From Mobula birostris (taxonomy: Eukaryota): DNA of 64,000 nucleotides. The notes under the pieces are model-generated. The model was not told the DNA's origin. It saw nothing but the letters and a program-made list of their open reading frames with translations, and searched no databases. Every line of letters begins with the position of its first letter. The first letter of the stretch is position 1. A program made the translations under genes and the position numbers. Shown one piece after another: positions 36,158 to 49,645 of this stretch. The stretch is from the NCBI RefSeq assembly GCF_030028105.1, contig NC_092379.1, forward strand, positions 28,017,821-28,081,820, read 5' to 3'.

Positions 36158-38859
36158 TACCTATGTATCTTCCTTATTCAGTTAGTGAGTTGCCTATTAA
36201 TTAATTATGTGATAATTATTTATTTATGTATTATTTTTTCGAACGTCTAGGTACCTTTGATTATAGAAACGTAAAATGCAGGCCACAATTTATAATTCAT
36301 ACACATTCCCTTGTGGACGTCTGGAAAAAAAAAAAAAAAAAAACAAGTTCTACTTTGTAGATAGAAGCCCAATGATTGCCTTAACAGTTTAATCAGAATT
36401 AACTTAAAGACATTTTTCCAGCTGATCGATACATTTTGCAATTTAAAAAACAACAACAACAACGTAAAACGTACGGAGGGAAATATGTAAATGTAAATGA
36501 AATATTTCATTGTAAACCGAGGAAAAATAATCACTTCCGATTGAGTTGAATTCGGTACGAGATATTTTATTTCATTTGTAACGCTGCTATTAACTGATAC
36601 GCAGTTTTATTTTTACCCACGTGATCTTGATCATCGCTAAAAACAGATGAAGGAAGACTGACACTCTTTAACTTTATCCAAATATTAATCATGTTTTCCT
36701 GATTTTGTGAGTTCCTGAGATAGAATGCTTCGTCAAAACAGAAAATTAAATAGTCGAAAGGTACACAGGTATTTCCTTCATAAGTTCTTTTTTTTTTATT
36801 TTCGAGATCTGTCTGGGTATATTCTCTGCCTGAGAGGACATATGACACCCATATAGTAAAATTGCGACAAGATCGCCCTCCGTTACAGGAGCGAAAACAA
36901 CAAATATTACTAAGAAAACATTCTTAAAAGGCCTGCTCATATGAGATTAAATTCGGTATATTACATAATCTTCCGTTTATTCTGCAGGGCTCTTTAACAA
37001 TAGTTTTTTTTAATACTCGGGACTCTGTTGCACTCTGGTCACTCACTCTGCGTATTACACTGGTTCGTCATAGATCAGAACGGATTATCAGGTATATGAA
37101 GAATAGATTGAAGTCTCCTTCGCACTGCACAGATGCTGTCTTATCTTGTGGATGTTTGTTTCGCGATCTCTTTCATTTGTGAAATTGATGACCCGGTATG
37201 TTCTCTTTGCCACAGGTTTACATTAAAGTGTACAGCGTTACTAACTTTCTACGTGTTGTATTAAACGTGACCATGCAGTGTCCTGGTACGTGATCCTATT
37301 TACTGATGTACAAACTCTTCCATATTACAGCAACAACTGAAATTGGCTCTTGCGTCTTGAATGAGGTGTCAGACGACAACTTTGTCAGTGGTCGTCTGAC
37401 AAAGTCCATGATATTTTCTGAGCATTTAACAGTGTTAACAAATTTCACATAGGCAGCTGCAGAAGTAACGAAAGGACGTAGACATAAAACTGCTTCATAC
37501 TATACCAAGTGTCGATGCATTAGACTGAGTTATTGAACAAGTTACTTTTATTCCCACGATATAAATTGCGATATGTGTAACGTGAAAATGAAGTAGCCTG
37601 CAACATCATATATTACAATGAAGATATAAACTAGTGGTAATTACTCTCAGATATATCATATCGTCACCTAATATGACCTAATTTCCTTATATTACAAAAT
37701 GAATTTTATGTTAAAACCCAGTGGAATGGTTCCAATAATGTCCAGAGACTGTGTTCCCAGCTTACCTCTCCATGTGCGTTTCACACTGTTTACAGTAGTT
37801 TGCAATGCCTAAATGATCGCAGTAGCTGTGAGAAGATTCATCTACTTTCGCTCAATTTCATCTCCGTACGGAATTAGTACGGGACGTCGATCAGATGCTT
37901 CAAAATATAGGTGCGCAACAAACTCCTTAAAATTAGGCTGGAAAAGTGTCTATTAATCACAACATTCTGGGAAAGGAAATATTGTTTTATACTCTGATAT
38001 ATATATTTACGTAAATCCATCGATCGTGTATATCCATCAGCTTGATCATCGGGAGTTTTCAGACCAGGTTTACGAGAGAAAAGTGCTTCATCGAAAGCGA
38101 GAGTTTTGATTGTCTATAGTCAATGACGGTAAATTGCTTATTCTCATTTCAGATGGCAATTATAATAGACGGAATAGAGAACGATTAAATTAAGATTTGA
38201 TGCCACCTGGTAGATTATAGCTTACTTGTTCCTGCCGATGTTACATGAACCTCAGTGACTCTTTTGCATCATAACAGCCCAGCCTCAATCAATCACCACT
38301 TCCAGCCGCGAAATTAATTGTTAAGTTATTCAGAGGAAAGTTACTTTCATAGACTGCAGGTGAACACGTCAAAATATCGTGCGCCGTGTTGCTTGCTCAT
38401 TTCTGCTTTTAAGGTCAATTCTGTCGTCTCCACGTTCTGCCATAACTCCACGTCATAGAAGAGTAAAGATTGCTATTTCATCATTTGCTGCATCCAGGCT
38501 TCGTTACCGTCCTCTCTATTCTGCTCGCACCCTATGCCTCAATGAGCAATCGCAATTTCTTAACCGTCTTCTCAACAAGAATTGCTGGCTGCCAAGCTTT
38601 CTTCGCCTTTGAGAGGCGCTGCACTGTTGATGTCAGCTCACAAACTATTTGATTTATTTGTTCAGCACTTCTGCGATCGCCTCCGCAAAATATCATTTCC
38701 TGCTTTGCGTCTGAACGCCTCTTCCTATTGTGTTTTAGGGACTCAACACTGTGCGTTGTATGTTGTGATTGGTCGCTTTGGCCAAGGTATGTGTTTTTAT
38801 TCTCTGGCAATGAGTCTCCACTCTTTGTTCACATGAGTACAGACTCAAACAGAGTGAAT

Positions 38860-39334
38860 ATGAAGAACTGTCTCACTCTGCTACTCATTATTGCATTTCT
38901 TCTGGGTAAGATGTTCCTTCATTGTAATATTCCACAGATGCCTAATTCCCTGTAAACACGTTTTATTTTCTATTTACGTAACCATATTGTTCGAAGTAGA
39001 ACTTATGATCTATGATTTATTTTACTGTTAGACTGGAGCCTTCAAGACTCAGTGGAACAGTCAGTGGAGGCAATGCCGATCGAAGAAGAAAGTAATGTTA
39101 TACTAAACTGCACCTTACAAACAAGTACTACAATCCCGAATGCTTTCTGGTACAAGCAGCGCCCCAGACAGCGACCACAGTATTTGTTTCGGATCATGAC
39201 AGGGAAAGTAGAACGAAATAAAGATGTGACCGACCGATTAAATGTTTCCTATGATAACAGTAAAAAGTATACCGAACTCTCGATTAAGAACGCCAAAATC
39301 GCTGACTCGGCCACGTACCTCTGCGCGGTGAGCA
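38860..39334 (+). CDS. TRAV: V2: intact TCR alpha/delta-type V gene segment (leader 38860-38905, intron 38906-39031, V exon 39032-39334)
   Basis: Leader MKNCLTLLLIIAFLL with G|GTAAG donor and TGTTAG| acceptor. Open frame ...ILNC...FWYKQRP...DSATYLCAVS; 76 of 100 V-exon residues are identical to V1. Confidence 0.92.
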
Positions 39335-39373
39335 CACAGTGCTGAGAAAACTCAGCTATCTCGAACAAAAACC
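39335..39373 (+). promoter_or_regulatory. 23-RSS of V2
   Basis: CACAGTG 39335-39341, 23-nt spacer, ACAAAAACC 39365-39373. Confidence 0.97.
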
Positions 39374-39394
39374 CCCTTTCACAATTTCCTCGAG

Positions 39395-39413
39395 ATATCG
39401 ATAGAGGGCGAAC
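39395..39413 (+). promoter_or_regulatory. CTCF-like motif 3' of the V2 RSS
   Basis: ATATCGATAGAGGGCGAAC, 21 nt after the nonamer. Confidence 0.55.
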
Positions 39414-40175
39414 AAACCACGGGGAACACAAATTCCTCTCTATCCATGTGAGCAATTGCTTTCGCATAGTTATTCTTTCACTGTCCAGTATGGTTCAAAT
39501 GAGAAAAGAGAAAAGAAAAAGCACTCCAGATGTTTCTGATACTAACATTTAATGATAATTCAAAATCGCTTGCATTCTAGCCGATGGTGAAGGGCACCCA
39601 GTACAGCAGAGGATCATACCTTTCATGCCAAGGTTGCAAAATCAGAGCATTCCTTTTTGATCTCTGCGGCTTGTGAGTCATTAATCAAAATCTGAGGAAA
39701 ACGTCCGGTGGGACGGTAAAATATCATATCCTGCTGAACGAACACAAGAAAAAAAGAAGTCGATCTGGTTTTATTTGTTTATTTCTGAGTCTGTACCTCA
39801 GAAAATAGGTGTGTGACCAATTCATGTAAATTAGGCAGGAATTACTATGATTAATCTCTGCATTATGCGAAAGGACATTTTTTTTTTATTTCAACCTGAC
39901 ATATATATCTACATATATCTATCGATTCTTAATGTAAATCAGTTTGATGTTGAGGAACTTGATCATTGGGAATTTTCAACTCAGGTTTATCAGAAAAAAA
40001 GAGCACTTCATAAGCTGCGAGAGATTTGTCTGTCATCAGTTACAGAGACAAATTCCTTATTTTTATTTCATGTGGCAATTATAAAAGAGAGAAATGTTAG
40101 AAACTCCAAACAGCAGTGGAAGCTGCTGCGAAAATCGAATAATTTGCAGTCCCAGTAAGCGAATTACTTAGCTTT

Positions 40176-40190
40176 GCTGCCATCTGGTGG
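40176..40190 (-). promoter_or_regulatory. CTCF-consensus/E-box site upstream of V3
   Basis: The minus strand reads CCACCAGATGGCAGC, an exact fit to CCASYAGRKGGCRS. Paralogues at 8660-8674, 38199-38213 and 57245-57259. Confidence 0.55.
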
Positions 40191-40823
40191 AATATATCAT
40201 CTTGATTTCTGGCGATGCTGCATGTATCTCAGGAACTCCTTCACGTCTCAACAGCCAATAAAGAAGCAATTACAACTTCCATCAGCCGAATTAACTGGTA
40301 AGTTATTCAGCGAAAAGCTGCTTGTACAGACTGCATATGAACAGGTCAAAATACCGTGTGCCGTGCTGCTTGCTAATTTCAGCGATTCAGATCAACTCTG
40401 AAGTGGCTACGTTCTGCCAAAAATGCACGTCAGAGAAGAGTAAAGGCTGTTTTTGCATCTTATGCTACTACGCTTCGCTACCCGACCATTTATTCTGCTC
40501 GCACCCTCTGCCTCGATGAGCAAGCACAATCTATTGACAGTCTTCTCCAAAAATTTTGACGTCTGTCGTGCATCACTTCACCTTTGAGTGGCGCTGCGCT
40601 ATTACTGACATCTCACAAAAGATTGGCTTCCTTTGTTCTGCTGTTCTGCGATCGCCTCTGCATTTTTTATTTCCTGATTTGCGTGTGAACGCCTGTTTTT
40701 CTATTGTGTCTTTGAAGCGTTGCCTGTTGTGATTGGTCCGTTTGGCCAAGGTATGTATATTTCTGCACTGGCAATGTGTCTCCACTCTGTGGGCACGGAA
40801 TGACAGACTCAAACGGAATGATT

Positions 40824-41304
40824 ATGAAGAACTCTCTGACGCCGGTCCACAGTATTGTATTTCTTCTAGGTATTAATTCCCTTCACTGTAATATTCCAGA
40901 CCTCCCTGTAATTCTCTGTAACTAAGTTTTTTTTTCTTTACAATGTAAGTAACCATGTTGTGTGAATTCGAGATTTTGTTCTGTTGATTATCTTTCTGAT
41001 AGGCTGGAGCCCTCAAGACTCAGTGGAACAGTCAGTGGATGCAATAACGATCGATGAAGAAAGTAGTATTACTCTAAACTGTACTTTACAAACAAGCAAT
41101 ACACTCCAAGTGTGTTCTGGTACAGGCAGCGCACCAGACAAAGACAGTAATTGATTTGGCTTAACGCAGGGAAAGTATACCGCAATGAAAAAGTAACTGA
41201 AAGGTTTTTTGCTTCCTATGATAAAAATAAAAAAAAAAATACCGAACTATCGATTCAGAACACCATAATCTCGGACTTGGCCACATACTTCTGCGCGATG
41301 AGCC
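40824..41304 (+). pseudogene. TRAV: V3: V pseudogene of the V1/V2 subfamily
   Basis: Leader MKNSLTPVHSIVFLL (40824-40869) and V exon from 41003. It has a 1-nt frameshift just before FWY, loss of one codon and a TAT>TAA stop at 41148-41150; it still ends ATYFCAMS. Confidence 0.88.
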
Positions 41305-41343
41305 CACGGTGCTTACAAATCTGAATTCTCTGGAACAAAACCC
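41305..41343 (+). promoter_or_regulatory. Variant 23-RSS of V3
   Basis: CACGGTG + 23 nt + ACAAAACCC. Confidence 0.88.
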
Positions 41344-41363
41344 TCTTTCGCAGTTTCCTCGAG

Positions 41364-41382
41364 AGCTCGATAGAGGGCGAAC
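41364..41382 (+). promoter_or_regulatory. CTCF-like motif 3' of the V3 RSS
   Basis: AGCTCGATAGAGGGCGAAC, 20 nt after the nonamer. Confidence 0.55.
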
Positions 41383-43479
41383 AAATCAAACCGAAAGCAA
41401 ATGCTAACTGAAGTCCAGAGGCTTCGTCCAATATTTCTCTCCCCAGTGAAGTACTGATTTGGCAATTACAATGGATGTTTTTACTTTTGAATGGCTGTAA
41501 CTGTGATCGAAACCACTTAATCTTGAATGATTCCTCTGTGTTACCTAATTTCTCTGGATATTCCCAATTCGCATCTGAACCTTCCTCCATCATCAGTACT
41601 GATACATTAATCATTTTAAGGGTTATTTTAACGGAGAAAGTTACTAAGTTTGACACAAAAATAGCACATGTAACAAGTATCATATTTCAAAACGCTGAAG
41701 AAGGTTTCATGTGGCTTTTGATTTCAGTCAAAGAGTTAATCACACTTTGGTGGATTGTTGTGCTCTATGTCGCTGATTTTTATTAACACACAAGAGGCTT
41801 ACGTATTTAAACGCCAGCGTCCTATTGTTTCGGACATGAGCAAATGCTGGCTGTAATTGGTTTCGCTGTTTTTTTTTTCAAAGTTACTTCTAGCGGTTAT
41901 TCCAAATGACGATCTAGTGTGTTTACCAAAAGTTATCATTTCGTTTCCATGCAAATAAGATAAAGGTGGCAATATATATTGGTTTGACCACAACAGCAGT
42001 ATTTTTTCCCTTCAGGGTACCTCTTTAGACCCCCACCGCGAGCTACATGCTGACTTCGGTTCTTTGCGGGAATGGGACAGCTCTCGGGGTGTCACGACAA
42101 GCCGTTATTCGACATGTAGCTCTTCTTCGAGTTTTGGGATTTCAATTCACCGGAGGCGGGCAGCGTCTAAAGTTGGTGCCTCTGCAGGATATCACTGTGC
42201 CGCAGGAGACAAAGGAACTCTGGTTGTGTGCAAACAAAATCGAGATCTTTGGGCACAGAGTTCGGAAAAAAAAAAATGAAAGAAAGGACGTTAAATATCG
42301 TAAATCAGCCAGTTGATGCGACATCTCTCCTCTCGCTATGCACAGCAGACAGCTGAGTGGGGGGGGGGGTGGATCGCTGCACTGCTACTTTTACGCGTGG
42401 GAAAGGGGACCTGGGTGGGGATTTCGGGTTGTACCATTCAATGGGCAATCGTTCTTTGCGACACCCCTCTGTTTTCCCAGATGCTTGCGAAAAAAAAAAT
42501 CAGGATGTATAATTTATGCATTTATCTGACATTAAGTATACATTTGAAACATTTGAAAATTAATTCTGAGCAGTGTTAACTCCATGCGTCTTAATTGAGT
42601 GGACCATTGTACTTGTATTTACAACATTTACAGTCAGAGCCGGGAAGCAATTTCATATTCACGTTTCAGCCGCTAGTAAATCTGTCAAATGTACTGAATA
42701 TTTTGAATGAAATCAACTGAAATCGCCTTACTGGATATGCACGATCATTGTTATTAATATCTCAGTTGAACGTAAAGTGAGTTTTCACATTTTATGGCTA
42801 GTTGTCTCAAATGCCCTAAAATCGTCCCTTCTGTATTCTATCCTTCAATTGACAATGATACCCGATCATGATACCCGAATGATACCCGAAGCTATATTTC
42901 GTGTTTTTGGAAAATAAGCAGTAAGTACAGTGGAGCTTATCACCCCAATCCTAGAAATAAAGATTAAAGACGTAGCCTTTCCACATTCTCTTTACTAAAT
43001 ACCGGACAGCATTTTATTTTTTTTCAGATCCCATGCCTGCAGTGTTTGCCTCACTGAACAAGCAGATTTTATCACCGACATCCAACTGACAGAGGCCTCT
43101 TCCTCAAGTCCAGTCATTACTAAGATGGGTTGTGTACTTCCCGCCCTTATATAAGGAGTCCAAACTGCGCAGGTTTGACTGTCGTAGCCGTTCTGCTCAC
43201 ACAGCAAGTGTGCTGCACCTCGTTTATACATTGTTATTAATATCAGGAGTGTCCATATGTAATTAGTCGATGCAGCAGGACCCAGGAGGTAAAAGTCAGC
43301 GTGCATTTTTTACATTTCTCTCTCAAATAATTTTACTCCGACTGCAAAATTTGAGGCTGAAGGAAACACCATGAAGTAGCGCTTTCCGACGAACGATATA
43401 TATTTTGGTAAATTCGACAAGAATTTAACAAAAGGCACCATACACCATGCACTATACACCACACATCATCCGAGTACAT

Positions 43480-44400
43480 ATCACATTCAGGAGGAGTTGG
43501 GGTGCGGTATAATCGTTTCTGCTGCTGGTCCTTCAGTCTCCACATGTCGCTGCAGAGCCCTCTTGTTATGTTTATGGTCCAGGCCAGGTACTGGGTCAAC
43601 ATGCACCTCTTGTCCCAGAAGTAGAAGCTAGTTCCGTTAGATAATATTGCGAGGCCCATACCCATCCTCTGGTTTCACCTGGAAAATTGGTGCGCTTGGC
43701 ATCTTACTCTGCACTGCATAGGTCGTAGCCGTCAAGCGGTCAGACAACTTATGCTTTCCAGGTAGCCTCAAATTCTTTATGAGTAGTCAATCTCCAGCCT
43801 TGTGTTGGGAGAGCCTAACCTTTTGGGCATAGCTACTCCCATTTCCATGATTATGCTTGGTGCCGCACTTTCAGCTAGTCCCTAAGCATTTTACAGCCCC
43901 CTTCTCATATGAGTCACATGCTGTTTTCGACGGTAGATGTTCCCCGCCAGCCCCAAAACAGAGCTCAACGGAAAAACTCGTCTCGCGCCCAAACATCAGA
44001 AAATATGGCGAGTACATTGTAGCTTCATTTTGTGTACAGTTGTAAATGCGGACCATATATCCAATACTTTGTTTCCTCTTGTTCTTTTCGATTTTCTTCA
44101 AGGTTTCAAACATGTCTAACAAGGTCCTATTGCGCCTCTCGTGCAAGGGAACAGCCAGCGAGACATAAGCCGTGGTCTTCGACTTCTCTTCTTCAAGCAT
44201 ACTCAGCTAGTCACGTAGGACCCCACTGTGAAAATTCCGTCCTTGATCGATATGCATCTGCCTGGGCAGGCCGTAATAAATGAAATACTTCTCCTATAAC
44301 ACTTTGACCACAGTGGGCGCCCAAATTTCCTTGATAGGGAATGCTTACGCATATCTGGTATAGTGAACCGTAATAACAGAGTCATTTGAATGTTTCTGGC
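43480..44400 (-). mobile_element. Gypsy integrase relic
   Basis: KSKTTAY...ERRNRTLLDM...YNCTQNEATMYSPYFLMFGRE (ORF 43871-44200). Confidence 0.8.
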
Positions 44401-44429
44401 ATATGGATCTATTGTTTTCAAACTCCTTC

Positions 44430-44636
44430 TGGCAACTTCTGCAACGACAATAGTGCCCTGCTGTATCGGCCTTTTCCCATCCTTTGGACAATATCGGTGT
44501 CGTGGAGAGGGGAGAATTGCAGCATGGGCAACTGCCGGTCTTCCATACAGCTTTTCCCAGGCCTGCGCCCTGGAGAGGATACTCCAGTAGACTCTGCAGG
44601 CGCAGATCCATGGTCTCGCGAGACTTGCGGATGCCG
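44430..44636 (+). mobile_element. 5'-truncated copy of the 35.8-kb SINE
   Basis: Shares ttggacaa...gggcaactgccggtcttccata...ggcctgcgccctgga with 35839-36131. Confidence 0.7.
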
Positions 44637-47600
44637 CCCCTCACTGAGTTGTCACACAAAAATATCGAAATTAATTTTCGGTTACAGCTGGCAGACGGGG
44701 GTATGTGAGTTTGAAAGCCATAACTGATCGTATTCACATTCAACGACTGGCTGATGTGTAAATAACTCCTAGGATTGAAAAATGAGCTTAGATTTCTGCC
44801 TGCTTTACGCACTTGTTTGGAATGTAGCAGCTCCATAAGATAAAGGAATTATTCATTCAGACGAATGTTTGTCAGTACATAGAGAACGTGGCTGAAATGC
44901 CGACTATTTTGTAAAGAGACCTGGGAACAGAAGACTTCTGGAACCAACAGAAATTATTTTCGTCTTAATTCATAAAAGATACAGACCTCCCTTTCCTGTT
45001 CAGTATATCTAAACTCATAGTGGTCTATTCATTTGTTTTCCATTTGCACTACATCAACCACAACATAAGTAACCGTACCTAATTAGCCAATTTCGTTAAA
45101 AGTGCAGACATGTGTACTGTGGTTGGTGCAGAAACTGAGTGGTTCAAGTAAATGTTTACTTGAGAGTTGAAATAAATATTGAGCTATTTTCATTGAACAA
45201 GTTGTTTGTTAATTTCACGTTTAGAAACTTCTAAATAATCGTCAATCGCAACAGAAGAAACTGCGCCGCATAGTCAGCAACGACTGAAATGTGTTTTATT
45301 CCTTATTTTGGGATCATTTTACGTGCAACCGTCCACTAGAATATGTATCTCAACCCGAATATTAAACAAAAACAGGATACGCACTTGTGTAACTCCAATA
45401 AGGTCACGATTAACGCCTTATTCATCTGCTGTATAAGTATTTACTCCGAAGGCGAAATGCTAGATTTGTCATTCATACCATAAATATGCAAAATAAATAG
45501 GCCCGGGCTTCTCGCAGCCCACCAAGACAACTGTAAAAATAACAGATTTACGTGGTACCATCGCAAAATTTCCGCCCTAGCATCAAATGGCAAGGAACTG
45601 GGCGAACGCGTGAAAGACCGTGCGCTAAGAGAGATATGCTTTCGAAATTCAATGACGACCAAGGCTGCAGCCCGTTGTCGCATCGAGGAATCTTACAGTG
45701 GGAGAAATATGCCGAAAACAACTGAAACTACTGTAGTGTTGATGGCCAGGAAATCGGTACTAAGTTCAAAAACAGACGGTAGGGAATTGATGACGAGAGG
45801 CTGCAGCAATTTTAGGAAACATTTCGGTTGCATCGACTTTCATAAAATGAGGGAAAAGTCAAACAGCTACACAGTAGCGTACTGATTTGCACAACGTTCT
45901 ACTGTACCTATGTCACGTATTCAATTCCCACCACTGCTTGTAAAGAGATTGCACTTTTTCCCGGAGGCGTGGGATTTATCTCGATTGCTCTGGTGCCTAA
46001 AGTCTGGCTGGATTTGGTAAACTGATTGGTTATTGTACTGTAGCGTAATTAGGCTCGGATTTATGCAGTGTATTGACGGGCTGTAAGCAACGATACGCAG
46101 AAAGGGCAAATTCCTTACCGTATCTCAAACACATAAGTAATCAAACAAACAAGTACATAAGTACGTAAATAAGAGCCCGTTTGCCCAGCAAATCATATGC
46201 TTGGTGCGACGTCGGAATGAATTTAGAATAAAAAAATGTATCCAACGGTTATAGATGACAGATAAATTATATTAAATGTCCATGCTCTTTGTATTTTTGC
46301 AGAACGGATGAAACAGTTTAAAATGTATGCAGGGAGATTCTTCTAAACTGCATCTATTGCTGAATCCCTCTCGTTTGAAAAGGTGAAACCAAAAGTCACC
46401 CCAACTACATATCCATTTTCACGCCCATTATTAGCCCATATTTGAATTGATTGTTGCAAGTGTTCACACTGAATCTGCAGGAGGGTAATTGTGTTCAGAA
46501 GCAGAAATAGATTGCACCTTAGTTGCGCAGTTCTTGTGTTACACTCGCAAAACAAGTCTAGTGTTAAGAATCTCTTAACAGTATGAAACGTCTGAGTTTG
46601 CGTCAGGCTTTCGATTTCCAATTTCCTTTTTCATCTAAAATACTGTATATTTCTGTACGTCTTGAATGCTGAGCATCGATTTCATAATGCAATGAGGACA
46701 TTGCTCATTGAAACGACATTTTTAACATTTCAGTAATAGTCCACAAGAGGCTAGATACACAATATACTTGGAAGGAGAGTGATGCTGCAGAGAGAAGAAG
46801 AGATTGAACAGTAAATCTCGCCTGTTGTGACATTACCTTTCGATTCAAGAATCGTCTTTGAATGTTGCTGAATATTCTCAGCCTCATTGAGTCATGTGGA
46901 TTCACCTTTGCATTGTTATCATGAGACGAAGTATCTGCTAAATTGTTTTGAACGCAATTACTTATTTAGTTATGTGCTTGCTTGGTTATTTATTATCTCA
47001 TTATCTACAGAACTATCTATCAAGCTGTTCTCCTGTGCTATGATTCGTTTATTTATTTTTAAAGCTTTATACTTATTTATTTATTTACTCACCATTTGAT
47101 TATGTATTTATTCATTTTTCTATTTGTGTTACTTTTTCAATGCTGTTTATTTATTATATGATCATTAATTATTTATGAATAGTTTATTCAAACAACGTAT
47201 AGACGTTGGGTAAAAAAAACATAAAATGTTGGCCACAATTTATAATTCATACACACTCTGTTTGCGACTTCTGGAACAAAAAAAAACTCAAGGTCGACAT
47301 GGTAGATAAAAGACGCTTGATTACCTTAACGGTTTACTGAGAATTAAGTTGAAGGTATTTCCAGCTGATCGATAGATTTTGCAATAAAAAAAAAGAGTAA
47401 GAAATGTAAGTTTGGAGCATTTAGATGTAAATTAAATAATTGATTTTAAACCGAGGAAAATTATCAATTTCCTGATTGAGTTGAATAAACTATCAATTCA
47501 TTTGGGACGCTGCCATTTACTGATACAAAGATATTTACTTTTCCCCGCATGCTCAATATTATAACTAATGATAGATGAAGGAAGACACACTTTCTCTAAA

Positions 47601-49645
47601 CTTATCCACATATTAAACTTGTTTTCATCTTTTCCTGAGTTTTTGAGATAGGATGCTTCGCCAAAACAGAAAATGAAACAGTCACGAGGCCCACCAGTGT
47701 TTACTCTATTCTTTCATTTTTCATTTTGCACACCTACCCGAATTTATTTCTGACCTGAGAGAAAATATGAAACCCATGATTAAAATTGCTCCAACATCGT
47801 CGTTAGGCGACATTATAGAGCGAAAACAACAATTCTCACTGTGAAAACATTCTCAAGAGGCCTGATAATATAATTTTAGTATATTAGCTAACCTTCTGTT
47901 TTTGCTGCATGTCTCTTTAACAACTATTAATTTTAAGACCTGGATCTTCGTTCCACTCATTCTGCAGTTTACACCGGTCCGTAACAGTTTGGAACAGATT
48001 ATTAGGTATATGATAAATAGCATGAAGTCATCTTTGCAATGCACAGTTACTGTTTGATCCTGTGCGTGTTTGTTTCACATTCTCATTCATTTATGAAATT
48101 AAGGACGCGGCATGCCGCCGTTGTCATAGATAAACATAACGTGTACAGTGCCACTGACTTTGAACGTGTACTAATCGTGGCCATGCAGTATTCTTCTACT
48201 CAATTGTATTTAATGCTATACAAACTCACTCCATATTGCAGCAACAAGTTTGATAATGGGTCCTGCGTCTTCTTCCACTGTGGTAGTCTAACAAACTACA
48301 TTACATTTACTGAGCACTTCATGGCATTCACAAAGTTCAGATAGCCAGCTGCAGAAGTAGTAGAAGAACGTGGACATAAAAACGCTTCATACTATACCAG
48401 GTGCTAATGTATTAGGCTGAGTTATTGGACAAACTATTTTTTTTATTCCCATACAGAAAGTGCGATATACAGCATTACCTTTCCTCGCAATGAGTAACGT
48501 GAATCTTTCTTTCTTTCTTTCTTTTTAAATCTTTTTATTGAATAAGTCTAGAAAAAGATAAGCCATTTTGGCACTAATACACTGTTAGAATATAATAAAA
48601 TTCCAGGAGATATTAATACAGAAAAAAAGTGATACAAACAATGTAATTTAAACATAACATACTAAGGTAACATAATAGTATACTAATATACTATATATAT
48701 CAATAGAGAAAAGGGAAAAAAAAACAAAAAATAAAACCCCACCGTGCAACTAAACTAAAAGCAACGCAAAACAATGGGCTAACTTGGAACCAAGTAGAGT
48801 TAAAGAACTTAAAATCACGTCCTCAAACCCGACCTCCATTAAAAACAGTAAAAAAAAACAAGAAGGGTATATAAATATGGAGCAAAAAAGAGAAGGAAAA
48901 AAAATTACATTAAATGAAAAAAATGAATAAAAGATCTCCAGGTCTGTTCAAATTTAAGTGAGGAATCATAAAGATTACTTCTAACTTTCTCTAAATTCAA
49001 GCATAATATCGTCTGAGAAAACCAAAAAAGGTGGTTGGAGCATTAAACTCTTTCCAATGTTGTAAGATACATCTTTTCGCCATTAAAGTAAGAAATGCAA
49101 TCATTCTACGGGCTGAAGGAGAAAGATTACTGGAAATTTTAGGTAGTCCAAAGATAGCAGTAATAGGGTGAGGGGAGATATCTATATTCAATACCTTTGA
49201 GATAATATTAAAAATGTCTCTCCAAAAAGTTTCCAGAGTAGGCCAAGACCAAAACATACGAGTTAAAGAAGCTATCTGCCCTGGACAGCTATCACAAAAA
49301 GGATTAATATGAGAATAAAAGCGAGCTAATTTCTCTTTGGACATATGTGCTCTGTTAACAACTTTAAATTGAATTCGGGAATGTTTAGCACAGATAGAGG
49401 ACGTATTGATTAATTGTAAAATCTGCCCCCAGTCATCCAAGGAAATGATAGAACCCAATTCCTGTTCCCAATCTACCCTAATCTTATCAAATGGAGCTTT
49501 CCTAAGTTTCATAATAATATTATAAATCATAGCCGATGCACTTTTCTGACATGGATTAAGGTTAATTATAGTATCTAAAATGTATGTAGGAGGAAGCATT
49601 GGAAAGGAAGAGAGTATAGTACTTAGGAAATTTCTAACTTGCAGG

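Larger units (their letters stand above)
33800..39420 (+). repeat. V cassette copy II (contains V2)
   Basis: 33800-35640 matches 44760-46900; 36240-37660 matches 47170-48500 and 56120-56220. Confidence 0.8.
39520..43400 (+). repeat. Partial cassette copy (contains V3)
   Basis: Upstream matches 56610-57900; the 3' flank matches 9860-10370 and 11800-12700. Confidence 0.75.

Noticed and set aside
42040-42420. GC-rich patch with CACTGTG as a J segment or promoter
   Set aside because: No nonamer upstream, no J motif or suitable donor, and no assignable homology by eye.
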